This document shows positions 6,212-16,153 of a stretch of 64,000 bases of DNA, in pieces (position 1 is the first letter of the stretch; every line of letters starts with the position of its first letter). Where the stretch lies: sequence record NC_031010.1. One strand, 5' to 3'. Position numbers and translations under genes: made by a program. Under the pieces are notes generated by a model, which saw only the letters and a list, made by a program, of their open reading frames with translations, was not told where the DNA came from and made no database searches.

Positions 6212-7024
6212 TTAGGCGGTGAAACGACCACCGGACATGTAGTTGAAACGGTCACCGATGTCATCGTTGTGAACCATACAGCGACGCACTTTCGGTATCA
6301 GGTCATCGAACATTTGACCGGCATCGGAATACGTCTGAATCACATCCGCAAAGGCACCGAACTGCATACCGTTCTGTAACTGACCGGCATCCATATCGAA
6401 GATGAGCTTGCTGTGGATATAACCCTTACAAGCATACTCCGCCAGTTCCTCAACAATCGGGAAGAAGGCCGGTTTGATTTCGTTCAGCTCTTCGGTCATG
6501 GCGAACTGCGCCATAATCTTCGTGGCGTAAACAAACATCCCCGGGTCTTTTATCACGATAGCGTTCGGGCCTGCGATGCGCACCTCAGCAGAAGAGATGC
6601 GGGGCATTGCAGAGTTACTGTCAACGACTTTGTTAACCGAGGCTAGTACACCCGAAGACACCCCATCCAAATACGACCCTGCCGGGGGGAGCGTGTACGC
6701 TTGTCCAGCGACGGGGGTTACTGCAACGTGGGCGGCAACCAGTTCACGACCGCCGGTGATTTGCTCATCGATAAAGTACACACGACTGTACTGGTCAATC
6801 GGGTCGGGTTCGTACGTTGCCGAGGTCAGGTCGATTTCCATGTACTGACCAATTCGGGCCACTTCGGGAATAACATACTCGCGCAGTACGCGGTTCATTA
6901 TCTCATTGTCAACACTACTCGCAATCCCCAGAAGTTTTAAATTGTCGGGGACAAAAGCCGCCCGCAAGATAGGTTCGGGTATCTTGCGACGGATACGACG
7001 TAGGCAAGCATCTAACACATTCAT
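6212..7024 (-). CDS. conserved jumbo-phage protein, probably virion structural
   Basis: ~270-aa ORF starting MNVLDACLRR with GAGGAG RBS on the minus strand; structural role inferred from orientation and synteny. Confidence 0.65.
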   Translation of the reverse strand: MNVLDACLRRIRRKIPEPILRAAFVPDNLKLLGIASSVDNEIMNRVLREYVIPEVARIGQYMEIDLTSATYEPDPIDQYSRVYFIDEQITGGRELVAAHVAVTPVAGQAYTLPPAGSYLDGVSSGVLASVNKVVDSNSAMPRISSAEVRIAGPNAIVIKDPGMFVYATKIMAQFAMTEELNEIKPAFFPIVEELAEYACKGYIHSKLIFDMDAGQLQNGMQFGAFADVIQTYSDAGQMFDDLIPKVRRCMVHNDDIGDRFNYMSGGRFTA

Positions 7025-7147
7025 TGTACGCTCCTCAGAAACGTTTTGCGGGCACCATAGCAAAAGGCGAAGGGTCAGTACCTACCCATACTAAAATTAC
7101 ATTACAGTGCTATTCTGTGCGGCATGACGCAAGGTAAAAAAGATTTA

Positions 7148-7167
7148 GATAGATATTATTACCATGA
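7148..7167 (+). promoter_or_regulatory. putative early promoter motif
   Basis: GATAGATATTATT-ACC-ATGA. Confidence 0.7.
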
Positions 7168-7189
7168 TTAATCGTAAGGAGTATCTAAT

Positions 7190-7501
7190 GTGACCCATGT
7201 CGTGTTTGAGCTGTGCCAACAACAGAATCTCTGCACGCCGCTGATGTTAATCAATGCGATGCAGGAGCTGCTTTATCCGGGAATGCATCCCGATATTCCA
7301 AGTTGTGTCCTTGACCATGCCGAGCGCTATTTCGGCAGTTCTGCATGGTTTATGTTGTACTCACTTGGCCGAAATCATTATCAGCCGTTTTACTTTAGCA
7401 ATGGGGTTGTACTAACGTGGTCAAACTACACATCGAACCAATTGATGTCCATAATCAGATCTGGGAACCCATCAGCCTGTCACCGTACGGCCGATGTTTA
7501 A
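7190..7501 (+). CDS. hypothetical protein (103 aa)
   Basis: AAGGAG RBS, GTG start; first gene of a tightly overlapping operon. Confidence 0.6.
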   Translation: MTHVVFELCQQQNLCTPLMLINAMQELLYPGMHPDIPSCVLDHAERYFGSSAWFMLYSLGRNHYQPFYFSNGVVLTWSNYTSNQLMSIIRSGNPSACHRTADV

Positions 7502-8094
7502 ACCTGACTGAGAGTGAGCGCCAAAAGTTAACACTCCAATTCTTACACACAGCATTGGAGGATATCTTCCTCTCCATCCCACTGATGCAGCACACGAACT
7601 TTGAAGACCTCCTCGCCCCGTTTGTGAATCAGGAACAGCTTAATGCGTATCTGATGACCTACGGTATGGTCGGGGAACCTGACATTGTTACCACCAAGTC
7701 GACACTGACCCAAGAGAGTATTCTGGGTGTCACACCGACGGGTCAGGTGGAAAAGCAACGGCATGTGTTGATGTCAACCGAGTGTTTAGTACAGCTTGCC
7801 TTTGATGATATGTTCTTGGCATTTCGCGACGGCGTTGAGCAGCTTATCCGCACAGCGTGCCGACGTCTGGAACTTCGATTCAATCCGTACTCAACGGTTA
7901 CGCTCAATCCACTGATCAGTCGGAATGGGCGCTTATTAACTCTGGAGTTAATACTCGGTGAAGACATTCGACACATTTACTTCCGTGAGACCTTCCCCGG
8001 CGGACGATACCGTGAGGGTCACCAGTCTGAAGTTCGTGACCTTTCGGGCTTACGAGAATCTGCTGAAGACGGACATCTTAACAACGGGTTATGA
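7417..8094 (+). CDS. hypothetical protein (up to 225 aa)
   Basis: Long ORF in an overlapping operon; start uncertain. Confidence 0.7.
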   Translation: MVKLHIEPIDVHNQIWEPISLSPYGRCLNLTESERQKLTLQFLHTALEDIFLSIPLMQHTNFEDLLAPFVNQEQLNAYLMTYGMVGEPDIVTTKSTLTQESILGVTPTGQVEKQRHVLMSTECLVQLAFDDMFLAFRDGVEQLIRTACRRLELRFNPYSTVTLNPLISRNGRLLTLELILGEDIRHIYFRETFPGGRYREGHQSEVRDLSGLRESAEDGHLNNGL

Positions 8095-8401
8095 TTGCCA
8101 GTTCGCTATCAAACAAACCATCCTCGATGTCCTCGACTACTTGATTGATACCTTTAGCCCCCACGGGATGTGGGACGCGAAACACGTGCTGCTGTTGTGC
8201 CGGGTCTCGCGTCCTCAGACAACCATTGCCCAAGCCTTTCTCATTACCCGCACGGTGCGTGAGGTGTTATGTGAAGAGCTGGCGGTGCCACCCAAAGGCT
8301 TTCGGTTATTACTCAAGCGTCAAGGGGAATTCATTTACTACATTCCTGTAGAGGAAAACGGTTATGATTACTATTCTCCTGCACACGCCGGAGCTGTATA
8401 A
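7958..8401 (+). CDS. hypothetical protein (up to 147 aa)
   Basis: Fills the operon gap; start uncertain. Confidence 0.55.
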   Translation: MKTFDTFTSVRPSPADDTVRVTSLKFVTFRAYENLLKTDILTTGYDCQFAIKQTILDVLDYLIDTFSPHGMWDAKHVLLLCRVSRPQTTIAQAFLITRTVREVLCEELAVPPKGFRLLLKRQGEFIYYIPVEENGYDYYSPAHAGAV

Positions 8402-8795
8402 GGAAATCATGGCCGTCATTCGTCGGTTCACTCGCGTCGAGTATCAAGACGAGGCTGAGTTAATCGACTATTATGCCCAGCAGTTTATCTTAACGGAGAT
8501 TCGTCGTCGCCAGTTTCCAATCAGCGACAACCAAGCCCGGACAATGGTTTACTGTCAGATATGGGAGCATCCGCTGGTCACGGATTATCTCATTAACCAC
8601 TCGGTCATTCATCACATGGTGGACGAGCCGAAGGTGTGGCAAGCGGTCGAAGAAGAAGTCACTTTCTCTGTCGCCGGCGAACCCTGGATGTGGAGTCTCG
8701 GTGCCGGTGTCTGGAAAATATTAACCCTGGGGTACGTGCCATGTCAGAACAATACTTCCTTATCCACAACTACCAATTCAACGCTGGCCCACTGA
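8364..8795 (+). CDS. hypothetical protein (143 aa)
   Basis: ATG start, operon context. Confidence 0.7.
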   Translation: MITILLHTPELYKEIMAVIRRFTRVEYQDEAELIDYYAQQFILTEIRRRQFPISDNQARTMVYCQIWEHPLVTDYLINHSVIHHMVDEPKVWQAVEEEVTFSVAGEPWMWSLGAGVWKILTLGYVPCQNNTSLSTTTNSTLAH

Positions 8796-9247
8796 CAGAA
8801 TTCGATCCTAACTCGATTCTGCGGGAGATTAATACCGATGTGAACAACATCATTAATCAGGCCATCTCGTTTGTTCAAAACGGGACCGTCGGTCAGGTTG
8901 ACTACACCCTGCCGAACGCGATGCAGTTTGTTTCAACTGAACTCAACGCACAGGGCATCACCATTGAAGGTGAAACGCTGATAACGTATGGGCGCGCAAT
9001 ACAAGATATTGCCAAACTCTACGTCGTGTCCCTGTCGGAGTCACCGTTCTGGATTACGCGCTTCCCGCAGTTCTGTGGGGCGCGTTACAGTAACCAAGTG
9101 CCGGATGCCGTTGAGATGATGTTGGACTTTAACCAAATCAAGTTCCCGGAACTCGAGAACCAACAAACGCTGGATCAGATTGCCCCAATCATGATGAACG
9201 TTGTGATGGAGCTTATCGGGTCACTGGCCGGAGGGCTGAGACTATAA
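8741..9247 (+). CDS. hypothetical protein (168 aa)
   Basis: Start moved to MSEQYF; stop overlaps the next ATG (TAATG). Confidence 0.75.
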   Translation: MSEQYFLIHNYQFNAGPLTEFDPNSILREINTDVNNIINQAISFVQNGTVGQVDYTLPNAMQFVSTELNAQGITIEGETLITYGRAIQDIAKLYVVSLSESPFWITRFPQFCGARYSNQVPDAVEMMLDFNQIKFPELENQQTLDQIAPIMMNVVMELIGSLAGGLRL

Positions 9248-9816
9248 TGCGCGGTCTTTACGATATGCTCGACATCGTCAAAGGCTACGGGGTAGATAAA
9301 CTCTACGAGCATGTTCGTGAGCACATCTATAAAATCGTGGAGCGGTCACAGCTTAACTTCGTGGAAACGGATGAAGCGGTTGTTAACCTGTATCAGAAGT
9401 ACGCGTTTGCTTATGCAATTGCCACGAAAGCCCGTTGCGTTGACACGCTGGTCGATTTGTTGTTTGAGGACACCCACGACCCGATTGGGAACTGGCAAGT
9501 CCAAGAAGACAAAGGCCTGAATGAAATTATCGACAACCTCTCCAAGCCCATGCTCTTCGTTACCCAAGATGAGTTTGCGCTGGAGACGGATTCTTTACAG
9601 ACATTCCCTAACAGTTATGGTTCCGATGAGCAGCATCTTCAAGCGATGCAAGAGGTTCTGGAATTGTTCACGACGGAGATGGAAAGTCAGACTGGGCTGT
9701 TCGCCTTGTTTGACAGTTTACTCCCCGGTGAAATGGAACGCTACTTCGGTGACGATTACTTTAATTTAGTGGTGGTGTGTAATGCGAATGTATCTCAGCT
9801 TGGCGGACATTTATAA
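9247..9816 (+). CDS. hypothetical acidic protein (189 aa)
   Basis: Translationally coupled ORF. Confidence 0.8.
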   Translation: MRGLYDMLDIVKGYGVDKLYEHVREHIYKIVERSQLNFVETDEAVVNLYQKYAFAYAIATKARCVDTLVDLLFEDTHDPIGNWQVQEDKGLNEIIDNLSKPMLFVTQDEFALETDSLQTFPNSYGSDEQHLQAMQEVLELFTTEMESQTGLFALFDSLLPGEMERYFGDDYFNLVVVCNANVSQLGGHL

Positions 9817-10237
9817 TCCAGAGCCGATGCGGAACGCACTCGAACGAATGAGTCGCCTGTCGGTGGGCACCGCAGAACTCTTCTACATCTTTGTGAGTGA
9901 ATACGCTCGCGAGTGTTTAGAGTCTGTGGTGAGAAATAAATGCCACGGGATAGGTTTCCTAACCTACACCCGACCGGACATCTCTAAGGTGCTCCAGTTA
10001 CTGCGACAGTCGGGTATCCCGACTGATACGTGGATTGAGTTGAAAGACAATATTGATGAGTGGTGGAAGTCAGAAGGGCTAAGCGAGGATAGTTTGGTTC
10101 GTGCACAGCACCTGCTGCAACTCGCCGAAGCCGCTCGTGCCAATGCAGGCTTAACCTATGAAGCGTTTGCCGAGTCGGTAAAGGTCAAATTAGAAATGAA
10201 CGAGATAAGGACGGCGTATATCCTTGTTGAAGTTTAA
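9782..10237 (+). CDS. hypothetical protein (151 aa)
   Basis: Operon context. Confidence 0.75.
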   Translation: MRMYLSLADIYNPEPMRNALERMSRLSVGTAELFYIFVSEYARECLESVVRNKCHGIGFLTYTRPDISKVLQLLRQSGIPTDTWIELKDNIDEWWKSEGLSEDSLVRAQHLLQLAEAARANAGLTYEAFAESVKVKLEMNEIRTAYILVEV

Positions 10238-10246
10238 GGAGTAAGC

Positions 10247-10861
10247 ATGGTGTACAGAGTGCTCGCCCCGCAGGCCTACTCGATAGATTTAGGCGTTGTG
10301 GGATATATCGATCACGGTCAGGAATTCTTACAGGCTGTGAACGACGTGATTAAAGGTCTTGCACCTTTCTCGCTTGAAGTGAATCCAATTAACTTCACGC
10401 CAGAGGCTTTGTTCGACTCCGCTTACGACGGCTTGGTGCTGTCTGCCCAGTCCAAAACTCCTGTGCATTGGCCGACCAGTCGTCGGTCACAGCTCAAGGA
10501 TTTTCTGGCGAAGGTGTTTCGTGAGCATCGCCAGTGGAAGTTCCGCTCCAAATACGATGAGGGTTCGGTCAACGACCAAGTCTTCTACGAATTGGAACCG
10601 GTAGCGGAAATCTGTCAGGAGATGAACAAAGGCAGCTTCGACGTGGTGGACGGTATCGTGTCATTCACTATCAGCCGCTTTGCGCATGACCTGTCCATGA
10701 TTATCTTCAACGAGTTCGGTGACACCTTGGAGATGTTTACCAAGGCCCACCGTGCACGCATTAAAGCGGTTCGTGTGAAGGTGGATGCGGGCAGGTTGGA
10801 CAGCGCAATGCTGGACATGAAAATGCTCATTGAAGTTGAAGAGGGCGAAAATGACCGTTGA
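10247..10861 (+). CDS. hypothetical protein (204 aa)
   Basis: AAGGAG RBS. Confidence 0.8.
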   Translation: MVYRVLAPQAYSIDLGVVGYIDHGQEFLQAVNDVIKGLAPFSLEVNPINFTPEALFDSAYDGLVLSAQSKTPVHWPTSRRSQLKDFLAKVFREHRQWKFRSKYDEGSVNDQVFYELEPVAEICQEMNKGSFDVVDGIVSFTISRFAHDLSMIIFNEFGDTLEMFTKAHRARIKAVRVKVDAGRLDSAMLDMKMLIEVEEGENDR

Positions 10862-11261
10862 TGTTAAGCAGTTCGAACCAGGACAAATCGTTAACCTCAT
10901 CTACGACACGGAGGCTCTTGCACAGGAGTCCCGTGTGGTGGTGCAGGGGTACATCGGTTTTGCTCAGGCACAGAAAACAGAAGATGTTCGTGTTAAGCAC
11001 AGCAACATCTACTCGACGCTGGTCAGTAAGCCTGAGAATAAAATCGAAAAGAGTTTGTTCCTGCTCTACACCGACAGCAATAACAAGTTGCACGTGGCCG
11101 CCGATGTGTGGTTGCGTGAGGTGAAGATTATCAAGAACCTCCAAGTGAACTTTACCGTCACTTTGGACAATCGCGATGAGCTTGACCTGATGACGAAAGC
11201 GCTGGCAGCCCGTGGATTCAGTGATGTCAAATACGACATTGTTGATAACACGGCCGGGTGA
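10851..11261 (+). CDS. conserved jumbo-phage protein (136 aa) upstream of DNA polymerase
   Basis: ATG 10851 after GAGG, ends before a terminator. Confidence 0.75.
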   Translation: MTVDVKQFEPGQIVNLIYDTEALAQESRVVVQGYIGFAQAQKTEDVRVKHSNIYSTLVSKPENKIEKSLFLLYTDSNNKLHVAADVWLREVKIIKNLQVNFTVTLDNRDELDLMTKALAARGFSDVKYDIVDNTAG

Positions 11262-11264
11262 GAA

Positions 11265-11303
11265 AGGCCTACCGCTCCGGCGGTAGGTTCTTCTTTTTTT
11301 TTT
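11265..11303 (+). terminator. intrinsic terminator
   Basis: CCTACCGC-TCCG-GCGGTAGG plus T-run. Confidence 0.85.
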
Positions 11304-11351
11304 CACAGCAGCGTTATCTATTATAGATGAAGACTTGGACAGGAGTTAGCC

Positions 11352-13640
11352 GTGAGCTACCAAGAACCCTTCCGGCTAACGGAAGATGAGTACGACCGCG
11401 ATATTGATGTTCAAGACGCGTACCTGCAACAAGTTACCCATTATATCTTTACCATGCTTTGCGGTGAGTACACCGAAGAGTATATCCGTGCACAGCTCGA
11501 AAGCATGTTCGGGCCCGAGGGTGAACTGCAACACAGCTACCCGACCTGTAAGATGTGGGTGCGTAACCCACAGACTGGCGATCGTGAAGAGAAACACACC
11601 ACGGTCGATAAGCTGTTTCGTAAGGTTATCGAAAAGGACATTATCTTTGCTCCGTCGTTAACCTTCTACATGCCGGAGTCTGCTAAGCGTTCCAAGCTTT
11701 CGGAGTTTACTGCCGATAACGTGCGGAAACGTGGCGTGATCAAAGGCGAGATGCAAGACGCATACGCTGCCGGTAATCCGGTTCTGGGGACCAATAAAAA
11801 GAACGAGCAGAACGCCGTTAAGACCCTGAACAACGGTATGTCCGGTGCGTTCTCATCGCCATACACCATTCTCTTTAACCAGTCAGCACACTCCACGTTG
11901 ACCTCGACGTGTCGTACGGCCACCTCGTTTGGTAATGCCGGTAACGAACGTCTGTTGGGTGGTCGTCGTCATTACGACAATGCATCGCGTGTTATCGATC
12001 ACTTCCTCAGCATCTCGACACTCACCGACTTCGTTGAGTTCAAAGCGTGCATGGACAAATACGGTCTGCATGTACCGACCGTTGATGAAACCATGGAAGT
12101 CATCGAATACTCAGCGAATGACTACTGGCGTTCAACAGACAACATGGCGAAGGTACGCCACTACGTTGAACGGACGCATGACATGGCGCGTGCGGCCTTC
12201 GTCTACATGGGTGACTTCTTCCATCTGGCGAAGTACAACGACGAATTCATGCGTGGCTTTATCGGTGCCTTGATTGCCAAGGACATGGCCTGTGAAGAAG
12301 AAATCACAGACTGGAAAGCCGCTGAGAAATCGGTTGACGGGGACATGAAAATCATCATCTCCCAGTTCCGTACCGATATCGTGCCAAAAGGCAAGTCGTT
12401 CAAAGACGTGAAGTTGATTAACGATGAAACCAAGGTGCCGTTGCCGTGGGACGAGCAGGGCAAATACAAAGAGCTGATTCGCTCTGCGTTGTTCCTGCAA
12501 AAAACCATCGGGGAATACAGCTGCCTTATCAAAAACATCCTGACCACCAAAAACCTGCCAATCAACATCGCGCGTCTGCCAGATGTGATTCGTAATGTGG
12601 GTGTGGTGTCAGATACTGACTCAACCATGATGACCGCACAGTGGTGGGCACAGTGGTACACAGGCAAGCATTACGGTGAAGAGGCTACCCGTGTATCGGA
12701 TGCCATGATCTACATCGCTACGCAGCACCTGCGTCACCTGATGGCGAGTATGTCAGTGAACTTGGGCGTGGCAAAGAAACGTCTGTTCCTGTACGCCATG
12801 AAGAACGAGTATAAGTTTGACTCGTTTGCTTTGACCACGAAAGCCAAACACTACTTCTCCATTATCACGGGGCAGGAAGGTCAGCTGAAGAAAGAGCCGG
12901 AACTCGAAGTTAAGGGTGTATCCCTGCGTACCTCGAACATCCCGCCTGTCATCATGCGTGAGTTTAAGAAAACCATTAAGCAGTTGTGCATTCAGGTCGC
13001 TGCCGGTGAGAAGATTGAAATTGTGAAGCTGCTGGAGAAGGTCGCCAGTATCGAACACAACGTCATGGACTCCATCAAAGCCGGTAACGGTAACTTCTTG
13101 AAGACCACGAACATCAAAGACCGTTCTGCGTATACGGGCGACGAGAAGCAATACCATTACCACCGCATGTACAACACTATCTTCGGGCCGAAATACGGCA
13201 TGCTGCCAGAACCACCGTACGACTGCGTAAAACTTCCGGTTAACCTCCAGAACAAAACCGCAATCAACGACTGGCTGGAAAGCATCAAAGACCCGATTAT
13301 CAAAAACGGCGCGAAGGCTTGGTTTGAAGAAACCAACTATCGCAAATATACCACCTTGGTTATCCCGGGCCACCTGATTGAGAACTTCGGCCTGCCAGAA
13401 GATCTCAGCATCGTTGCCGACGTTCGTCGTTCTGCGTTTGCAACCGTAGAACCTTATTACCACGCACTGGAGTGTTTGGGTGTGTTCATGATTGATAAGA
13501 ACCGTACGCGTCTGTTGTCAGACTACTACGGTGCCTCTATCGAAGATGTCATGGCGCAACTGGAAGCTGCAGACGACGGTGAAGAGCTGTGGGAAGACGA
13601 GGAAGAAGAGGACGACGACGATGCTGTCGAAGAAGATTGA
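11352..13640 (+). CDS. family B DNA polymerase, polymerase part (phiKZ gp50-like)
   Basis: Motif B (EQNAVKTLNNGMSG), motif C (SDTDS), K.KHY and VKG motifs; no exonuclease domain; acidic tail. Confidence 0.9.
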   Translation: MSYQEPFRLTEDEYDRDIDVQDAYLQQVTHYIFTMLCGEYTEEYIRAQLESMFGPEGELQHSYPTCKMWVRNPQTGDREEKHTTVDKLFRKVIEKDIIFAPSLTFYMPESAKRSKLSEFTADNVRKRGVIKGEMQDAYAAGNPVLGTNKKNEQNAVKTLNNGMSGAFSSPYTILFNQSAHSTLTSTCRTATSFGNAGNERLLGGRRHYDNASRVIDHFLSISTLTDFVEFKACMDKYGLHVPTVDETMEVIEYSANDYWRSTDNMAKVRHYVERTHDMARAAFVYMGDFFHLAKYNDEFMRGFIGALIAKDMACEEEITDWKAAEKSVDGDMKIIISQFRTDIVPKGKSFKDVKLINDETKVPLPWDEQGKYKELIRSALFLQKTIGEYSCLIKNILTTKNLPINIARLPDVIRNVGVVSDTDSTMMTAQWWAQWYTGKHYGEEATRVSDAMIYIATQHLRHLMASMSVNLGVAKKRLFLYAMKNEYKFDSFALTTKAKHYFSIITGQEGQLKKEPELEVKGVSLRTSNIPPVIMREFKKTIKQLCIQVAAGEKIEIVKLLEKVASIEHNVMDSIKAGNGNFLKTTNIKDRSAYTGDEKQYHYHRMYNTIFGPKYGMLPEPPYDCVKLPVNLQNKTAINDWLESIKDPIIKNGAKAWFEETNYRKYTTLVIPGHLIENFGLPEDLSIVADVRRSAFATVEPYYHALECLGVFMIDKNRTRLLSDYYGASIEDVMAQLEAADDGEELWEDEEEEDDDDAVEED

Positions 13641-13986
13641 AACGCACATTCGTAACTCGGTTGAGCAGTATCTGAATAAGCTGCGCAGTTGCCCGGGGAT
13701 TACCCGGGTGGATTGTGAGTTCGACGGTAAAGACGGTCTGGTGATGCGGGCGGTGCACGAAGTCAATACGCAGGTGGTTAAACTTACTCCTGCGGAGATG
13801 GAGCATCTGACCCGCACTGCGTACGAATACGTCGCAGCGAAAGGTTTCCCTCAGTTAGGCGCTGTCTACGAGGAGAAGGTGCGTGTCGCGGCGTTGGAGT
13901 ACGCAAGCCAAGGTGTGCAAATCAAGGAAGTCGTCCTGCGGGGCGATGCCCATCCGTTTCGTGTCACGTATTTGGCGAAGCAATGA
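13621..13986 (+). CDS. hypothetical protein (121 aa)
   Basis: ATG 13621 overlapping the polymerase end; coupled to the next ORF. Confidence 0.65.
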   Translation: MLSKKIETHIRNSVEQYLNKLRSCPGITRVDCEFDGKDGLVMRAVHEVNTQVVKLTPAEMEHLTRTAYEYVAAKGFPQLGAVYEEKVRVAALEYASQGVQIKEVVLRGDAHPFRVTYLAKQ

Positions 13987-14180
13987 ACTACAACGATCAG
14001 AAGGCCATTGCCAAAGCCCAAGCGGCGGCGTCAGAGATGCGGCGTGAATTAGAGGAGCGTGGACTCGAACAGGTTATCTGTCACCACGTTTCCCCAACTA
14101 ACATTCGATTTACAGCGTACAACCCCAAGAAGAAAAGAACGATTGAATCTCATGGGGTTGTGCGGGAGGACACAGAATGA
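13983..14180 (+). CDS. hypothetical protein (65 aa)
   Basis: ATGA overlaps on both sides. Confidence 0.7.
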   Translation: MNYNDQKAIAKAQAAASEMRRELEERGLEQVICHHVSPTNIRFTAYNPKKKRTIESHGVVREDTE

Positions 14181-14476
14181 AGATGTATGCCTTCAGATTT
14201 AAAGACGGTGGTCAGCACCAACACTTTGCCTACGAGACCGAAGAGGAAGCATTCCTCGAGTTTCTCAAGGGGCATTTGAAACAAGGCGACATCCCGACGT
14301 TTGAATACGACGAGGGGGTGCCGCACTTCCGCCACTCATCTGATATCCAGTTGCCGGATTTCTTCTACTGGGAAATCGAAGATGGGCACGCCAAAGATCA
14401 AGTCGGGTACACAGGCTACACCCTGCGCAAGTGGCTTGAAAAACGATTCATGAAGTTCACCGAAAACAAAACGTAA
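14177..14476 (+). CDS. hypothetical protein (99 aa)
   Basis: GGAGG RBS, ATGA overlap. Confidence 0.75.
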   Translation: MKMYAFRFKDGGQHQHFAYETEEEAFLEFLKGHLKQGDIPTFEYDEGVPHFRHSSDIQLPDFFYWEIEDGHAKDQVGYTGYTLRKWLEKRFMKFTENKT

Positions 14477-14485
14477 GGAGTTGCC

Positions 14486-14863
14486 ATGGGTTCTGTTCGT
14501 AAATTGCATTACTGTGCCATCCCGGGAGATTCTACTGTGCCTGTTGGTACGCCGCTCTATCGTACCTCGTATGCCGCTGCCCGCGAGTTCCTAAGAGAGC
14601 ATCCGGACTTCAGCGAAGACCAAGGTAGCTACTTTGGCAAGCAGGTCTTTATCGGTAACGACACTGACAAAAAGTACAGTGTGGTGATTGGAACGGTTAC
14701 CGTTTCATCCGATGAAGCCGATCCGAAGGTATTGCTGGAGGAGCACTGCGTGAACCAGATGGTGTATTGCGATATGGCGTACGACGATTTCGTTTCCGGC
14801 TTACCGGTGCTGACTGTCCGCAAGGATAATCACGAAAAGCTGATCACGAAAGCTGCAGGCTAA
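14486..14863 (+). CDS. hypothetical protein (125 aa)
   Basis: AAGGAG RBS. Confidence 0.8.
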   Translation: MGSVRKLHYCAIPGDSTVPVGTPLYRTSYAAAREFLREHPDFSEDQGSYFGKQVFIGNDTDKKYSVVIGTVTVSSDEADPKVLLEEHCVNQMVYCDMAYDDFVSGLPVLTVRKDNHEKLITKAAG

Positions 14864-14875
14864 TAAAAAGAAAGC

Positions 14876-14899
14876 CCTGCACCGTGAGGTGCAGGTTTT
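14876..14899. terminator. bidirectional terminator
   Basis: CCTGCAC-CGTGAG-GTGCAGG flanked by A- and T-runs between convergent genes. Confidence 0.75.
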
Positions 14900-14954
14900 A
14901 TTACCCTATTATATGAAGCATCCTAACGGGTGTTTCGTGCAGGGGAAAGAATTG

Positions 14955-16052
14955 CTAATTTTGTTCGAGGATACGATACAGCGGATACAGGAGACTGTGC
15001 TTGTAGTGGTTCTGTACGGGACGCTTGAGTTTATCAAGCACGCGCAGGTCCTCAAAGCGCTCAAGGTCAACCTTTAGGTTAGACTTGTCTTTTTGCATCG
15101 CTGGGTTGTCGTACTGATAACAGAACAGTGCCCATTCCCAATTCACAATCTCCCGTGGCCAGTTTGATTGCAGCGTAGACCCGCTTTCTCTAAAGAGGAT
15201 ACGGTCCAATGCGGTTGACGGTTCAAAGGTAGAGAAGAACTGGGGGACGTGTCGCAGTACCACACCGGGAAGTGGCGTGCCTTTCTTAAGGGCTTCGTCT
15301 ATCTTGGTGGCGTGACGCACTGCAAGGTCGCGTAACGGAGGTACAGGCACAACACGGCTAGGAGCATCTTTCTCAACCTCCAGTCCTGTGGCAACCCGAC
15401 GGTGGATATTCAGAAAGGCAATATCCATGTACGAGGGAAGCATACGGTACACGACGTGTTGCTGTGCGTAGACCGGAGACGTTATAGGTGTTTTGGTTCG
15501 CTGGTAGTATTCCACCCCTTTGGCGTATTGCCAGAGCAGGGCCACCAGGTTAATCTCAATGATACTTACACCCTGCGGTTTGTCCGTACCCAGTTGCCAG
15601 TTCAGATTGGTATACTCGTGGTAAAGGTAGACAGCCGGGGTGTAATCCTGAAAAGGCAGATTGGGATCAACCGGGCGTGCAACCAGCGAAATGATCTCAT
15701 CTTGGCCGGTGATGAATTTGCCATTGTGTACTTGGCCGAATTCTCCCACCGAGGAAAGTTTTAGCGCGTTACCGATTCCGGCGAGTTTTCTCATGCAGGC
15801 CCATTCGACATTGTCGTACGTTATCTCTCCTGCGTAGCCTACATTGGTGATTAACTCGAGAATCAAATGGTTCGATACCACTCGGGTACCTGAGCGTTCC
15901 AGAAAGTTGCGGATACGTTGTTGGTTATTTTTTACAGCAGCGGCAATCTGTATAGCGGACGGGTCCGCGTAGATGCCTTTGATTGCGGCCTGATTTAAAT
16001 CGGCGTGACTGAACATGACTGTCTCCTTTGGTTGCACATAGGAAATCCCCAA
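14955..16052 (-). CDS. conserved virion structural protein divergent from chimallin (phiKZ gp52 position)
   Basis: Long ORF, likely start MFSHADL (16016) after AAGGAG; identity by synteny. Confidence 0.7.
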   Translation of the reverse strand: MGISYVQPKETVMFSHADLNQAAIKGIYADPSAIQIAAAVKNNQQRIRNFLERSGTRVVSNHLILELITNVGYAGEITYDNVEWACMRKLAGIGNALKLSSVGEFGQVHNGKFITGQDEIISLVARPVDPNLPFQDYTPAVYLYHEYTNLNWQLGTDKPQGVSIIEINLVALLWQYAKGVEYYQRTKTPITSPVYAQQHVVYRMLPSYMDIAFLNIHRRVATGLEVEKDAPSRVVPVPPLRDLAVRHATKIDEALKKGTPLPGVVLRHVPQFFSTFEPSTALDRILFRESGSTLQSNWPREIVNWEWALFCYQYDNPAMQKDKSNLKVDLERFEDLRVLDKLKRPVQNHYKHSLLYPLYRILEQN

Positions 16053-16066
16053 TCTAAATAATTACA

Positions 16067-16086
16067 GATTGATATTATCTATGTGA
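16067..16086 (+). promoter_or_regulatory. putative early promoter motif (chimallin, copy 1)
   Basis: GATTGATATTATC-TAT-GTGA. Confidence 0.65.
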
Positions 16087-16153
16087 CAGAACGGTGAAAC
16101 TGTCTGTATATGTGTTCATAAGCGACGGCTTACCCACATTGTAAAATATCACA

